From positions 256,001 to 320,000 of the forward strand of contig CAVZSV010000005.1 of the NCBI GenBank assembly GCA_963778115.1: DNA of 64,000 nt. Reading direction: 5' to 3'. The notes under the pieces are model-generated. The model searched no databases. It was not told where the DNA came from and saw nothing but the letters and a program-made list of their open reading frames with translations. Each line of letters opens with the position of its first letter. Position 1 is the stretch's first letter. Below, one piece after another: positions 7,154-18,443 of this stretch. This DNA is from an uncultured delta proteobacterium. Its GTDB lineage: Bacteria > Bdellovibrionota > FAC87 > UBA2466. The translations under genes and the position numbers were made by a program.

Positions 7154-10029
7154 TTGAAACGACAACAGACGCACAAGCCCTAATGGCCGTAACCTCTGAG
7201 GCAAACGCCGGCTCTTCAATGACTCGTCGCGAATTCATGCGGTGGATGGGGGCTGTCGCCACTTTGCTTGGGACTGAAGGTTGTGTGAGGCGTCCGTTGC
7301 AGAAAATAGTTCCCTATTCGCGCATGCCCGAGGAATTAATTCCGGGAAGGCCTCTGTTTTTTGCCTCTAGCTTTCCGTCGCAGGGCTTTTCCATGGGGAT
7401 TTTAGTCGAGAGCCACGAGGGGCGCCCGACCAAGATCGAAGGAAATACGCTGCATCCGGCGAGTCTCGGAGCTTGCGACATCTTCATGCAAGCTTCTTTG
7501 CTTGGCCTCTACGATCCGGATAGAGCTCAGATCGTAACCCACCGTAGGCAACTGACGTCATGGGATAATTTTGGAACGAGCGTTCAAGAGGTCTTGAAGG
7601 GGACCGAAGGGGTTAAGCCGCGAATTCGCATTCTCACTGCACATACCACATCGCCTACGCTCATCAGTCAGCTTTCCCAGTTTGAGAAACAATATCCCGG
7701 ATCTCGCTGGCATGTTCATGAACCCTTGGGGCAGCAGAATGCCCTTCTGGGGAGTAAGCTTGCTTTTCAGACGGAAGTCGACCCCGTTTATGATTTGAGC
7801 CGCGCTAAGGTTATCCTTTCTTTGGATTGTGATTTTCTGACTTGGGGATCGGCCCATCTTCATCATGCCCGTCAATTTGGGAAAGCTAGAGAGGTAACCG
7901 AGAAATCGCCCGTAATGAATCGTCTCTATGTCGTCGAATCGACCCGATCTCTTACGGGGGCCTCGGCGGATCACAGGCTGGCGTTGCGGCCTAGTGAAGT
8001 GGGAGCTTTCTTAGAGGGCCTAAGACAATTGGCGTCGGGCCGAGACCAGATAACAGGCACCACCAAAAAATGGGAGAAATTTTTGGGGGTACTCTGGAAG
8101 GACTTAAAAGCGCATGCTTCTGAGTGTCTCGTCATGGCGGGCGAATCGCTTCCTCCCGAAGGCCATGCCGCGGTCCACTTTATTAATCAGAAGCTGGGAA
8201 ATTTCGGCCGTACGGTCACCTTCTTAGAGCCGATAGCGCAAGAGAGTCGCAGTGCGGGCTCCTTAGAAGAGTTAGTCCATGACATGCAAGAAGGGGTGGT
8301 CGACGCCCTTTTTATTTTGGGAACTAATCCGGCGTATTCGGCTCCGGCTATACGATTTTGCGAAGCATTAGGAAAAGTTAAGTACCGCGCCTGTTTAGCG
8401 GAATATGACGACGAGACTGCCCGACTCTGTGATTGGCTCATTCCCAAAGCGCACTACTTAGAGTCTTGGGGAGATCTAAGGGCCTTTGACGGAACGGCCG
8501 CAATCCAACAGCCTTTGATAGCCCCTCTTTACGACGGAAAGTCCGATATCGAATTTATGGCGCTCCTCTTAGGCCAGAAGAGCGTTAATGGCGATTCGAT
8601 CCTTAAAAGTTATTGGAAATCCAAAGCGGGTATCAGTTCCTTCGATAAGCAGTGGGATCTTTGGCTAGAGGCGGGGGTCATTCCAAAGAGTGAGGCGAAA
8701 CCAAAATCCGTATCGGGAGTGGTAAACGCTCCTGAGATAACCAGCGTTACCCAAGGCCCGTTTGAAGTCAGGTTTACGGCGGATCCTAGTATTGGCGACG
8801 GGTCTCACTCCAATAATGGATGGCTGCAGGAGCTTCCCAAGCCCTTTACCCACGTGACATGGAACAATGTGGTGTTGGTCGGCGAGCAGACGGCTTTGGA
8901 ACTTCAAGTATCTGATGAAGACCTTGTTGAAATTACAACTCCCACGGGGAAAATATCCGGGCCCATTGCCGTAGTTCCCGGCCAGCCTCAAGGGGTATTC
9001 ACACTGTTCTTTGGCTATGGCAGAGAAAATGCCGGGGTTTTAGGAAGTAACCGCGGATACAACGCTTACGCCGTCAGAAGCCATTCGCGAGAGTGGTCAA
9101 TTTCGGGGGTTACGGTAAAAAAGCTTTCTGCATCGCAACCGCTAGCGTTTACTCACGGTCACCACGAAATGGAAGGGCGAGACATCGTGCGGTTTGGTTC
9201 GCTCGCTCAGTTTGTCAGAGATCCAAAATTTCTCCATCACGAGCGCTACACGGAAAAAGAGTTTCAGCCCAATATCCCGGTCAATCCGGATCTATTCCCG
9301 CCTGCGGCAGAGCCTTACGCATGGGGGATGTCTATCAATTTGGGATCTTGTATCGGATGCAACTCTTGTGTCATCGCCTGCCAAACCGAAAATAACATTC
9401 CTATCGTCGGGCCCGAAGAGGTGAAGCGCGAACATGAGATGCATTGGATTCGGGTCGACACCTATTTTGAGGGAAAGGGAAGTTCGCAGAAGACTCTGTT
9501 TCAACCCGTTCCATGCATGCATTGTGAAACGGCGCCCTGTGAGTTGGTCTGTCCAGTGGGGGCTACCAACCATAGCCATGAGGGGCTAAATCAAATGGTT
9601 TATAACCGCTGTGTCGGAACGCGGTATTGCTCCAATAACTGCCCTTATAAAGTGAGAAGGTTTAACTTCTTCAACTACACCGACTCCATGCCTAAAATTC
9701 GCAAAATGGCGCAAAATCCGGATGTGACCGTGCGCAGTCGTGGCGTCATGGAGAAGTGCACGTACTGTGTTCAGCGTATTAATGACAAGCGGCTGACGGC
9801 GGAAAAAGAGAACCGCTTGGTCAGAGACGGCGAAATAAAGACCGCGTGTCAGCAGTCTTGTCCCACGAATGCCATTGTTTTTGGAAATCTCAAGGATAAG
9901 GCGAGCCGTGTTTCCAAGCTTAAAGAGAATCCCTTGGATTATGGACTGTTGGCCGAGTTGAACACGAAGCCCAGAACGACATACTTGGCCCGCGTTATGA
10001 ATCCCAACCCTGAGTTAGTGGAATCATGA
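7141..10029 (+). CDS. actB: Alternative complex III subunit B (molybdopterin-oxidoreductase-like domain fused to Fe-S domain)
   Basis: Tat motif TRREFM followed by a GC lipobox; EGRPTKIEGN; Fe-S motifs CIGCNSCVIAC, CMHCETAPC, CVGTRYC and CTYC. Start uncertain (7132, 7141 or 7183). Confidence 0.93.
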   Translation: MSQVIETTTDAQALMAVTSEANAGSSMTRREFMRWMGAVATLLGTEGCVRRPLQKIVPYSRMPEELIPGRPLFFASSFPSQGFSMGILVESHEGRPTKIEGNTLHPASLGACDIFMQASLLGLYDPDRAQIVTHRRQLTSWDNFGTSVQEVLKGTEGVKPRIRILTAHTTSPTLISQLSQFEKQYPGSRWHVHEPLGQQNALLGSKLAFQTEVDPVYDLSRAKVILSLDCDFLTWGSAHLHHARQFGKAREVTEKSPVMNRLYVVESTRSLTGASADHRLALRPSEVGAFLEGLRQLASGRDQITGTTKKWEKFLGVLWKDLKAHASECLVMAGESLPPEGHAAVHFINQKLGNFGRTVTFLEPIAQESRSAGSLEELVHDMQEGVVDALFILGTNPAYSAPAIRFCEALGKVKYRACLAEYDDETARLCDWLIPKAHYLESWGDLRAFDGTAAIQQPLIAPLYDGKSDIEFMALLLGQKSVNGDSILKSYWKSKAGISSFDKQWDLWLEAGVIPKSEAKPKSVSGVVNAPEITSVTQGPFEVRFTADPSIGDGSHSNNGWLQELPKPFTHVTWNNVVLVGEQTALELQVSDEDLVEITTPTGKISGPIAVVPGQPQGVFTLFFGYGRENAGVLGSNRGYNAYAVRSHSREWSISGVTVKKLSASQPLAFTHGHHEMEGRDIVRFGSLAQFVRDPKFLHHERYTEKEFQPNIPVNPDLFPPAAEPYAWGMSINLGSCIGCNSCVIACQTENNIPIVGPEEVKREHEMHWIRVDTYFEGKGSSQKTLFQPVPCMHCETAPCELVCPVGATNHSHEGLNQMVYNRCVGTRYCSNNCPYKVRRFNFFNYTDSMPKIRKMAQNPDVTVRSRGVMEKCTYCVQRINDKRLTAEKENRLVRDGEIKTACQQSCPTNAIVFGNLKDKASRVSKLKENPLDYGLLAELNTKPRTTYLARVMNPNPELVES

Positions 10030-11456
10030 GCGACAAACCCGAAAAACCGGAAATGCCGCCGAAAAAGCCAAAGAACGCGTTGCCTGCGGCCGAGAAAAAA
10101 CGCCGTCGCGTGACGCCCGTTATCGAACCGGGCCACACGCTTTCAACGGTCACCGATAAGATTGCGGCGATAACGCTGACACCAGGATCTCATTGGGGTT
10201 GGGTGTTTGGCCTATGCGTTTCGTTCTTACTGGTCCTCGTCCTTATTGGCTCCATCTGCTACCTCTTTTTGCGAGGGGTCGGAATTTGGGGAATCAATAT
10301 CCCGGTTGCTTGGGGATTTGCGATCATCAATTTTGTCTGGTGGATCGGTATCGGTCATGCGGGTACTTTGATTTCAGCCATTTTGCTTTTATTGCGACAA
10401 GAGTGGCGAACCTCAATTAACCGATTCGCTGAAGCGATGACCCTCTTTGCGGTGTGTTGCGCCGGACTTTTTCCGATTTTGCATCTGGGAAGGCCGTGGC
10501 TCTTTTATTGGCTGTTTCCCTATCCGAACACGATGGGGGTATGGCCGCAATTTAGAAGCCCTCTGATGTGGGACGTGTTTGCCGTATCCACTTACGGTAT
10601 CGTCTCTTTACTTTTCTGGTACGTGGGGCTTGTTCCAGACATGGCTACTTTACGCGATCGCGCGACTAATAAACCCGCGCAAATTATTTACGGCTTTCTA
10701 GCCATGGGATGGCGTGGATCGGCCCGCCACTGGGTGCGCTACGAGATGGCGTATTTGCTGCTCGCAGGCATTGCGACACCTCTGGTGATTTCCGTGCACA
10801 CGGTGGTGAGTTTTGATTTCAGCGTGGCCCAACTTCCGGGCTGGCATTCGACGATCTTCCCTCCTTATTTCGTAGCGGGAGCTATCTACTCAGGCTTTGC
10901 GATGGTGCTAACGCTCGCCATTCCCATCCGCAAGTTCTACAAGCTCGAGGATTTTGTGACGATGCGCCATTTAAACAACATGGCAAAGATCATGCTGGCC
11001 ACGGGAATGATCGTCACCTACGGCTATGCGATGGAAACGTTTATCGCCTTTTACAGCGGAAACGAATTTGAGCGGTTCGTTTTGGTTAACCGGATGATAG
11101 GTCCCTACGCCCCCGTGTATTGGATGCTTATTTTGTGCAACTGTACCATCCCGCAGCTGCTTTGGTTTAGAAAGGTAAGGGGCAATGTAGCGGCGCTGTT
11201 TGTGATAGCCCTGGTGGTAAATATCGGAATGTGGCTCGAGCGGTTTGTGATCGTCGTGACGAGTCTCCACCGAGATTTTTTGCCTTCGTCGTGGGGAATG
11301 TACATGCCCACCTTCTGGGATATTTCCACTTTCGTGGGAACCATAGGGCTCTTCCTCTTTTTGATGTTCCTCTTTATTCGTTTCCTGCCCGTAATATCGA
11401 TCGCCGAAATGAGAACGCTCGTTACGGATAAAGCGAAGGAAGGAGGGGGCCACTAA
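10026..11456 (+). CDS. actC: Alternative complex III subunit C (NrfD/PsrC family)
   Basis: Polytopic membrane protein; FVWWIGIGHAGTLISA, HLGRPW, SPLMWDVFAV and WLERF. Confidence 0.95.
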   Translation: MSDKPEKPEMPPKKPKNALPAAEKKRRRVTPVIEPGHTLSTVTDKIAAITLTPGSHWGWVFGLCVSFLLVLVLIGSICYLFLRGVGIWGINIPVAWGFAIINFVWWIGIGHAGTLISAILLLLRQEWRTSINRFAEAMTLFAVCCAGLFPILHLGRPWLFYWLFPYPNTMGVWPQFRSPLMWDVFAVSTYGIVSLLFWYVGLVPDMATLRDRATNKPAQIIYGFLAMGWRGSARHWVRYEMAYLLLAGIATPLVISVHTVVSFDFSVAQLPGWHSTIFPPYFVAGAIYSGFAMVLTLAIPIRKFYKLEDFVTMRHLNNMAKIMLATGMIVTYGYAMETFIAFYSGNEFERFVLVNRMIGPYAPVYWMLILCNCTIPQLLWFRKVRGNVAALFVIALVVNIGMWLERFVIVVTSLHRDFLPSSWGMYMPTFWDISTFVGTIGLFLFLMFLFIRFLPVISIAEMRTLVTDKAKEGGGH

Positions 11457-11986
11457 TGGCGGCAGAATACGGACTGATGGCGGAGTTTGATACTCCAGAG
11501 GAGATAGTTAATGCGGTCGAAAAGACCAAAGCTGCTGGCTTTGAGAAGATCGACGCGTACGCTCCTTTTCCGGTCCATGGACTGGCGGAGGCTTTGGGAT
11601 TTACCAAATCGCGAATTCCCATGGTCGTCTTTATCGGAGGCCTCACGGGCGGGATCTTAGGCTATTTACTGCAATGGTGGTGCTCGGCGATCGCCTATCC
11701 CCTCAATGTGGGGGGGCGTCCGTTAAATAGCGTTCCCGCTTTTATTCCCATTACCTTCGAGATGACGATCCTATTCGCGGCCTTTTCCGCAGTCTTTGGA
11801 ATGTTCTTACTAAATGGCCTTCCGCTGCCTTACCATCCGGTATTTAATGTGGAGCGTTTCGCCATGGCTTCACGAAACCATTTTTTTCTTTGCATCGAAT
11901 CCAAAGATCCCAAGTTTTCTGTGAAGAACACACGTGCTTTTCTCGAAAGTCTAAAACCACGGGGGGTTTATGACATCGAGGAGTAG
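11456..11986 (+). CDS. actD: Alternative complex III subunit D (DUF3341)
   Basis: AEFDTPE, YAPFPVHGL, YPLNVGGRP and FIPITFE; position in operon. Confidence 0.92.
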   Translation: MAAEYGLMAEFDTPEEIVNAVEKTKAAGFEKIDAYAPFPVHGLAEALGFTKSRIPMVVFIGGLTGGILGYLLQWWCSAIAYPLNVGGRPLNSVPAFIPITFEMTILFAAFSAVFGMFLLNGLPLPYHPVFNVERFAMASRNHFFLCIESKDPKFSVKNTRAFLESLKPRGVYDIEE

Positions 11987-12557
11987 GATTGAAGTAGTTA
12001 TCACTCTCGTAGTCATGGTGGTGGTCTCGGCCTGCGATATGGGTGACATGTACCAGCAGCCCAAATACAAGGCCTATGCGAAAAGCGATCTTTTTGAAGA
12101 TCAAAGATCGGCGCGTCCCCTGGTTCCTGGAACGGTCGCACGAGGGCATGCCAAGAATGACGATCTCTTTTTTACCGGAACCGCGGGCGGAAAGGCTTCC
12201 GACGTCATGCCGTTTGCGGTGTCTCAAGCGGATTTATTGAGAGGTAAAGAACGCTACAACATCTATTGTGCGCCTTGCCACGCCCAGACGGGGCTAGGAA
12301 ACGGTATGGTCGTACAACGGGGATTTGAGAAACCTCCTTCCTTGCATTCGATTGAGGTAAAAAAGCTCGGCGTCGGATTCTATTTTCAAGTCATCTCGAA
12401 TGGATTTCGAGACATGCCCGCCTATGGAGATTTAGTAAGCTTTAAGGACCGCTGGTTGATAGCAGCCTATATTAGAGCACTTCAATTGAGCAATGCGTTT
12501 CCCGTTTCCGAGTTATCGCCGCAAGGAAGGCAAAAAGTGGAAGGCAGTTCAAAATGA
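11970..12557 (+). CDS. actE: Alternative complex III monohaem cytochrome c lipoprotein
   Basis: Lipobox VSAC; DMYQQPK; CAPCH; distal Met in DMPAY. Confidence 0.92.
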   Translation: MTSRSRIEVVITLVVMVVVSACDMGDMYQQPKYKAYAKSDLFEDQRSARPLVPGTVARGHAKNDDLFFTGTAGGKASDVMPFAVSQADLLRGKERYNIYCAPCHAQTGLGNGMVVQRGFEKPPSLHSIEVKKLGVGFYFQVISNGFRDMPAYGDLVSFKDRWLIAAYIRALQLSNAFPVSELSPQGRQKVEGSSK

Positions 12558-13720
12558 GTTCGAGCCCGGAATTAATTCGGCTTCATGATTGGCAGAAAAA
12601 AGCACTCGTAGCTGGAGTCTGTCTGATGGGGCTTGGAGCGGGTTTGGGTCTAATGAGCCAGCCCAATCGATTTTTCTGCAGCTATCTCGAAGGTTACTTG
12701 ATTTGCTTGGGGTTCACGCTGGGGTCGCTAGGAATTTGGATGCTTCATAATCTTGTGGGAGGACAGTGGGGAGATCCGATTGGCAGTATTGTGAGGGCTT
12801 CAGCGCGGATGCTGCCTTTGGTCGCTTTAGGGTTTATTCCTTTGGCGCTGGGAGCAAAGCTTATCTATCCCTGGATGAATTCTACTTTTATGCATTCGGA
12901 TCCGGAGTTAATGGCCAAAGTGTGGTACCTCAACTCTCCTTTTTTCTTTGGCAGGGCCATCGCTTTTTTTCTTACCTGGATGGCCATCGTATGGGGGGTG
13001 AGGCGGCTGTCGGGTCCTCAAAGCGCTATTGCAGGGTCGGATGCCAAACGAAAACTTCAGAATTTTAGTGGATTTGGTCTTGTCCTTTACGGTGGGAGTA
13101 TTAGTTTCGCGGCTTTCGATTGGGTCATGTCCTTGTCTCCTAGCTACTACTCGTCGATTTACGGAGTTTTGGTCTTAGTGGGCCAGCTCCAAGGGGCTTT
13201 TGCGTTTGTTACCCTAATGGCCATTCTTTTCCATGCGACGACATTGGTCCCTGAATCGGCAACACAGAAATGGAATGACCTAGGCAATTTACTTCTGATG
13301 TGTGTCATGTTGTGGGCCTACATGTCTTTCTCGCAACTTCTCATCACCTGGAGCGGCCAGTTGCCGCAAGAGATCGTATGGTACAACGTTCGCTTTAATG
13401 GCGGATGGCAGTACGTAGGTTTGGTACTGCTCTTCATCAACTTTGCGCTGCCCTTTCTTCTTTTGCTTTTTCGCAAAATCAAAAAAGACACCCGAGCGCT
13501 ACTTAAAGTCTGCGTCATCCTTTTAGTGATGCGCTGGATAGACGAAATATGGCTAGTCCTTCCCAATGCGACGCCTCACGGGTTTGCCCTAAATTGGCTG
13601 GATATCGTGGTGCCTTTGGGACTGGTAGCCCTTTGGTTTGCGGGATTCTTGTACTTTTGGAAATCGACGCCGTCACTGCCGAGAGGCCACGACGCGCAAA
13701 CTGCCCATTATGACGTGTAG
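12554..13720 (+). CDS. actF: Alternative complex III subunit F
   Basis: Polytopic; WYLN, DWVMSL, DLGNLL and WAYMSFSQLLITW; position in operon. Confidence 0.9.
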   Translation: MSSSPELIRLHDWQKKALVAGVCLMGLGAGLGLMSQPNRFFCSYLEGYLICLGFTLGSLGIWMLHNLVGGQWGDPIGSIVRASARMLPLVALGFIPLALGAKLIYPWMNSTFMHSDPELMAKVWYLNSPFFFGRAIAFFLTWMAIVWGVRRLSGPQSAIAGSDAKRKLQNFSGFGLVLYGGSISFAAFDWVMSLSPSYYSSIYGVLVLVGQLQGAFAFVTLMAILFHATTLVPESATQKWNDLGNLLLMCVMLWAYMSFSQLLITWSGQLPQEIVWYNVRFNGGWQYVGLVLLFINFALPFLLLLFRKIKKDTRALLKVCVILLVMRWIDEIWLVLPNATPHGFALNWLDIVVPLGLVALWFAGFLYFWKSTPSLPRGHDAQTAHYDV

Positions 13721-13728
13721 AGGAGAAA

Positions 13729-14145
13729 ATGTCCGACAAAAACGAACATGCTAAGCCCGAATACGAACAAAGCGATATCAATTTAAAGCCGGTCCTTTTG
13801 GGTGCAGCCGTACTTGCCGCTTTTGTCGTTGTCCTCTGTCTGGGGCTAAAGCCACTGTTTCGCTATCGAAAATCCCTTCACGAGGTGAGTAACTCTGTCG
13901 CCCGTCCGACCGATCCGATGTATTTCGTTGAGGATAAGTTTTCCAAACCGTTGCTGCAGCCGGAACCCAAGAAGGATCTTAAAACCTTCCGATTGGAAGA
14001 ACAGGCTTGGCTTACTAGTTACGGCTGGGCGGACAAAGAGCACGGTCTTGCGAAAGTTCCCGTCGACGAGGCGATAGCCTTGCTATTAAAGCGAGGACTT
14101 CCCACCCGATCCGAGGGAAGAGCGGGGGGAGTGGATACACCATGA
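13729..14145 (+). CDS. Small single-TM ACIII-associated protein (ActG-like)
   Basis: YEQSD, one TM helix, LQPEP and LTSYGW...VPVDEA; lies between actF and SCO. Confidence 0.75.
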   Translation: MSDKNEHAKPEYEQSDINLKPVLLGAAVLAAFVVVLCLGLKPLFRYRKSLHEVSNSVARPTDPMYFVEDKFSKPLLQPEPKKDLKTFRLEEQAWLTSYGWADKEHGLAKVPVDEAIALLLKRGLPTRSEGRAGGVDTP

Positions 14146-14969
14146 AGCGTCCGTTCTGGCAAACAGCCCTGTGTCTGGTGATGGGAATATTTTCGCTGCG
14201 GTGCTTTGCCGAAGCGGGTGGGTCGTTAAATACTCTACCCGAAATCGAAAAAAAAATTGGCTTCGATCAGCGTATCGATCAGTCGATCGATCTTCACCTT
14301 CCCTTTGTGAACGAGGAGGGAAAGCACATTGAGCTTTCCGACCTTTTTCATTCAGGTCCGGTGGTCTTGGCGTTGGTGTATTACGGCTGTCCCAACCTCT
14401 GTACGCTAACCCTCGATGGACTCTTTAAGGCACTCCAAGAACTTCCGTTTGACGCGGGTAAAAAGTTTTCGGTGGCCGTCGTCAGTATTGATCCCAACGA
14501 AAGGCCGGCCCTTGCCGCCGAGAAGCGAACGAAATATCTGCAACAATACCACCGAACCTCGGGAGCTTCGGGCATCCATTTTCTGACCGCAGACGAGGCT
14601 TCGATCGCTAAGCTCACGAAGAGCGTCGGTTTTCGTTACTCTTACGACGAGAGGTCCAAACAGTTTGCCCATCCGGCCGGGATTACGGTACTGACACCGG
14701 ACGGGACTATCTCGCGTTATCTCTTTGGAATTGAATACGCCGGCAAGGACATGCGCTTTGCACTTTTAGATGCTTCGGAAGGAAAGGTGGGCACTTCAGT
14801 CGATAAGTTTTTGATGTTCTGCTACCACTACGATCCCTTTCAGGGTTCCTACGGGTTTATGGTTATCCGTCTTCTTAGAGTTTCGGCCGCGGCAACCGTG
14901 ATAGGGCTTATCGGATTAATTGGATTTCTACTGACGAAAGAACGACGGCGTAGGGGAGATAAGGCATGA
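14142..14969 (+). CDS. SCO1/SenC copper chaperone
   Basis: YYGCPNLC (CxxxC), FAHPAG and a C-terminal TM helix. Confidence 0.92.
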   Translation: MKRPFWQTALCLVMGIFSLRCFAEAGGSLNTLPEIEKKIGFDQRIDQSIDLHLPFVNEEGKHIELSDLFHSGPVVLALVYYGCPNLCTLTLDGLFKALQELPFDAGKKFSVAVVSIDPNERPALAAEKRTKYLQQYHRTSGASGIHFLTADEASIAKLTKSVGFRYSYDERSKQFAHPAGITVLTPDGTISRYLFGIEYAGKDMRFALLDASEGKVGTSVDKFLMFCYHYDPFQGSYGFMVIRLLRVSAAATVIGLIGLIGFLLTKERRRRGDKA

Positions 14970-15901
14970 ACGAGCGACTAAGCCTACTTCCCGAAGCCGC
15001 ATCGACTTTTGCTCCAAAGGTTGACCTCATTTTATATTCTCTTATTGGCGTCACGGCATTTTTTGTCGTCTTGATTGCATTTTTCATTGTCTATTTCTCT
15101 CGCAAATTCAGCCGAAAGAATAACCCCGGTGTTCCTCCGATTACCAAGACCTACATGCCTTTGGAGATCGGCTGGACGGTTATTCCGCTTTTGATTGCGC
15201 TAGCCTTCTTCTGGTGGGGGGCCAAGCTCTTTTTGGCCGAGAAATCCAACGGCCCCAAGGACGCTTACGAAGTGTATGTCTTAGGAAAACAGTGGATGTG
15301 GAAGTTCCAGCATCCGGGCGGCCGCTTAGAGATTAACGAGCTGCATGTGCCGGTAGGTAAGCCAGTCAGGCTTATTATGGTGAGCGAAGATGTGATTCAT
15401 GATCTATTCGTCCCGGCCTTTCGTACCAAACAGGACGTTCTTCCGATGCGCTATACGACGTTGTGGTTTGAGCCGACAAAAGAGGGTACGTACCATCTTT
15501 TTTGTTCTCAGTACTGCGGAACCAAACATTCAGCGATGGTGGGAGAGGTGGTGGCCATGACCCCCAGTCGCTTTGAAAAGTGGTTGGAAGGGGTGACTGG
15601 TGCTCATCCCATTGCCCAGGGGGGAGAGGCTCTTTTAGATCAATTAGGATGCCGCACCTGCCACCGTCCAAACTCAACGCAGATGGCCCCTTTTCTTGAA
15701 GCACTATACGGATCGAGAGTCGCTCTTTCTGATGGAAAGTCGGTATTGGCCGACGAAAACTATATCCGGGAATCGATTTTGGATCCCAAAGCTAAAGTGG
15801 TGCAAGGCTATCAGCCGGTCATGCCGTCGTATCAAGGTAGAGTGACTGAAGCGGACCTGATTCAAATTGTCTCTTATCTCAAATCGGTGGGTGCCAAATG
15901 A
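14966..15901 (+). CDS. coxB: Cytochrome c oxidase subunit II with fused cytochrome c (caa3)
   Basis: Two TM helices; DVIH; CuA motif [13 protein letters not shown]-terminal CRTCH. Confidence 0.95.
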   Translation: MNERLSLLPEAASTFAPKVDLILYSLIGVTAFFVVLIAFFIVYFSRKFSRKNNPGVPPITKTYMPLEIGWTVIPLLIALAFFWWGAKLFLAEKSNGPKDAYEVYVLGKQWMWKFQHPGGRLEINELHVPVGKPVRLIMVSEDVIHDLFVPAFRTKQDVLPMRYTTLWFEPTKEGTYHLFCSQYCGTKHSAMVGEVVAMTPSRFEKWLEGVTGAHPIAQGGEALLDQLGCRTCHRPNSTQMAPFLEALYGSRVALSDGKSVLADENYIRESILDPKAKVVQGYQPVMPSYQGRVTEADLIQIVSYLKSVGAK

Positions 15902-17505
15902 GTGTTGCGGAACCGAACTATCTGGAAAATGGCCATTCCGTAAAGTCCTGGCTTTTGACTAAAGACCATAAGCGAATTGCGCTTTTGTATCTGATTAGCA
16001 TCACCTTCTTTTTCATGATAGGCGGCATTGCAGCGACCCTGTTTCGTGTCGAACTGATGAATCCGCACGGTGAGATGTTTAAGTCGGAAACCTATAACCG
16101 GCTGTTTTCCGCCCACGGCATCGTCATGGTGTTTCTGTTTTTGGTCCCTTCGATTCCTAGTACGCTCGGAAATTTTTTAATTCCGCTCATGATTGGCGCC
16201 AAAGATCTGGCCTTTCCTAGAATCAATTTGGCCAGCTGGTATCTCTATATGGTGGGGGGATCGTTGATCTTGTGGGCCATCGTCTCAGGCGGTGTCGATA
16301 CGGGCTGGACCTTTTATACTCCGTACAGCAGTCTGTATTCTAATTCCAACGTGGTGCTCACCATCGTAGGTGTCTTTATCGTGGGATTCTCCTCGATCTT
16401 CACGGGGTTAAATTTCATCGTCACGATCCACAAACTTAGAGCTCCAGGCCTTACCTGGAAGCGGTTGCCGCTTTTCGTATGGGCCCATTATGCGACGAGC
16501 ATTATCATCGTATTAGGAACGCCGGTGGTCGCTATCGCTTTAGCCCTTGTGGTGGTGGAAAGAGTCTTTGGCATAGGAATTTTTGATCCGACTCGTGGCG
16601 GAGATCCTGTGCTGTTTCAGCATCTGTTCTGGTTTTATTCGCATCCCGCGGTTTACATTATGATTTTGCCGGCGATGGGAATCATTAGTGAAGTGATTGC
16701 GTGCTTCGCCAGAAAGCGGGTGTTTGGATATTCCATGATTGCGTTCTCGAGTCTGGCGATTGCGATCTTGGGTTTTTTGGTATGGGGACACCATATGTTT
16801 GTCTCAAGCCAATCGCCTTACGCCGGACTTGTGTTTTCAGCATTAAGCATGTTCGTTGCGGTTCCCTCTGCGATTAAAGTCTTTAACTGGACGGCCACTC
16901 TTTTTAAGGGCTCGGTTTCCTACGAATCGCCCATGCTTTACGCTTTGGGGTTTATCGGATTATTCACATTGGGGGGATTGACTGGAATTTTCTTAGCGAC
17001 GTTAGCTTCTGACGTTCACTTGCACGATACTTACTTTGTGATAGCCCACTTTCACTACATTATGGTGGGGGGTACTATCATGGCCTATTTCGCGGGAATC
17101 CATTTTTGGTGGCCCAAAATATTTGGCCGCCGGTATCCCGAGCGATGGGCAAAACTCTTTGCGACGATTATTTTCATCGGCTTTAACCTTACCTTCTTCC
17201 CGCAATTTATTATGGGGATGAATGGGATGCCACGAAGATACCACGCCTATCCGCCTGAGTTTCAGGTCCTTAATGTGCTCTCTACGGCGGGGGCCTCCAT
17301 TTTGGCGCTGGGTTACCTTGGTCCTCTGTTCTATCTGTTGTGGTCGCTCAAGTACGGCAAAAAGGCGACGTCCAATCCTTGGGATGCTACCGGCCTTGAG
17401 TGGCAGACGGCTTCACCTCCTACGACGGAAAACTTCGAGCAGATCCCTGTCGTCAAAGAAGAGGCCTATGCCTACGATCTAAGGGAGGTGCCGCATGTCG
17501 TTTAA
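15898..17505 (+). CDS. coxA: Cytochrome c oxidase subunit I, A2 type
   Basis: [22 protein letters not shown] (YS motif marks A2 type), WGHH, AHFHY and GMPRRY. Confidence 0.97.
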   Translation: MSVAEPNYLENGHSVKSWLLTKDHKRIALLYLISITFFFMIGGIAATLFRVELMNPHGEMFKSETYNRLFSAHGIVMVFLFLVPSIPSTLGNFLIPLMIGAKDLAFPRINLASWYLYMVGGSLILWAIVSGGVDTGWTFYTPYSSLYSNSNVVLTIVGVFIVGFSSIFTGLNFIVTIHKLRAPGLTWKRLPLFVWAHYATSIIIVLGTPVVAIALALVVVERVFGIGIFDPTRGGDPVLFQHLFWFYSHPAVYIMILPAMGIISEVIACFARKRVFGYSMIAFSSLAIAILGFLVWGHHMFVSSQSPYAGLVFSALSMFVAVPSAIKVFNWTATLFKGSVSYESPMLYALGFIGLFTLGGLTGIFLATLASDVHLHDTYFVIAHFHYIMVGGTIMAYFAGIHFWWPKIFGRRYPERWAKLFATIIFIGFNLTFFPQFIMGMNGMPRRYHAYPPEFQVLNVLSTAGASILALGYLGPLFYLLWSLKYGKKATSNPWDATGLEWQTASPPTTENFEQIPVVKEEAYAYDLREVPHVV

Positions 17506-18145
17506 TCCGCATGGGATTCCGGTAGTGCACGAACCCTTCGCCGACTTCGAGCAAAAGCGAGAGACCTGGCTTGGCGGGATGTGGCTTTTTCTGGGCACCG
17601 AGGTCATGTTCTTCGGTGTTCTGTTTTTATCTTATGCGATCTACCACCACCAATATCCCGAAGTCTTTGCCGCTTACTCCAGTCACTTAGACGCGTTTTG
17701 GGGGACGGTGAACACGGGCGTTCTATTGACGAGTAGTCTTTTCATGGCTTTAGGAGTCCATGCCGCTCACGAGAAGAAAAACCACCAGGTGGTGTTTTAC
17801 TTGGCTGTTACCATCGCTCTTGCGTTGGTCTTTTGCTGTATCAAAGCGCATGAATGGCATGACGACTACCTTCATGGGCTGGTTCCTGGAAAATGGTGGT
17901 GGTACTCAGGTAAAGATAGCGACGTAGGCGAACTCTTCTTTCGAATGTATTTCACGATGACGGGGCTTCATGCGCTGCATGTGCTGATAGGTGTGGGACT
18001 CATGGCGTGGTTTCTTCCGGGAGCGTGGAAGGGAAGATATAATGGCGAAAACTACCTACCCCTCGAAATGCTGGGATTGTACTGGCATTTTGTGGATCTG
18101 GTCTGGATATTTTTGTATCCAGTTTTCTATCTATTAAGCCAATGA
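17495..18145 (+). CDS. coxC: Cytochrome c oxidase subunit III
   Basis: [21 protein letters not shown] and YWHFVDLVW. Confidence 0.95.
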   Translation: MSFNPHGIPVVHEPFADFEQKRETWLGGMWLFLGTEVMFFGVLFLSYAIYHHQYPEVFAAYSSHLDAFWGTVNTGVLLTSSLFMALGVHAAHEKKNHQVVFYLAVTIALALVFCCIKAHEWHDDYLHGLVPGKWWWYSGKDSDVGELFFRMYFTMTGLHALHVLIGVGLMAWFLPGAWKGRYNGENYLPLEMLGLYWHFVDLVWIFLYPVFYLLSQ

Positions 18146-18441
18146 AGACTGTCGATGATTACATAGTGACTTCCAAACCGATGTCGCTCTTTTCTTACTG
18201 GGCAGCTTACGTTGCTTTAATGATTTTGCTGGTAGCGACTTACAGCCTGTCTCGCTGGCTGCCCCCTTCGATCCATGTGGGCGTCTCTTTGCTTATCAGT
18301 GTGCTCAAAGCCCTTCTGGTGCTCTGGTTTTTTATGCACCTGAGATCAAGCTCTAAGACGGTACTTCTGTTTTTCTTAGCTTCTCTTTTCACTCTCTGGA
18401 TAGGCTTTGTCCTAAGCTTCTCCGACTACTTCACCCGCTAA
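18142..18441 (+). CDS. coxD: Cytochrome c oxidase subunit IV (caa3 type)
   Basis: Three TM helices; KALLVLWFFMHL; ends DYFTR. Confidence 0.88.
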   Translation: MKTVDDYIVTSKPMSLFSYWAAYVALMILLVATYSLSRWLPPSIHVGVSLLISVLKALLVLWFFMHLRSSSKTVLLFFLASLFTLWIGFVLSFSDYFTR

Positions 18442-18443
18442 CC

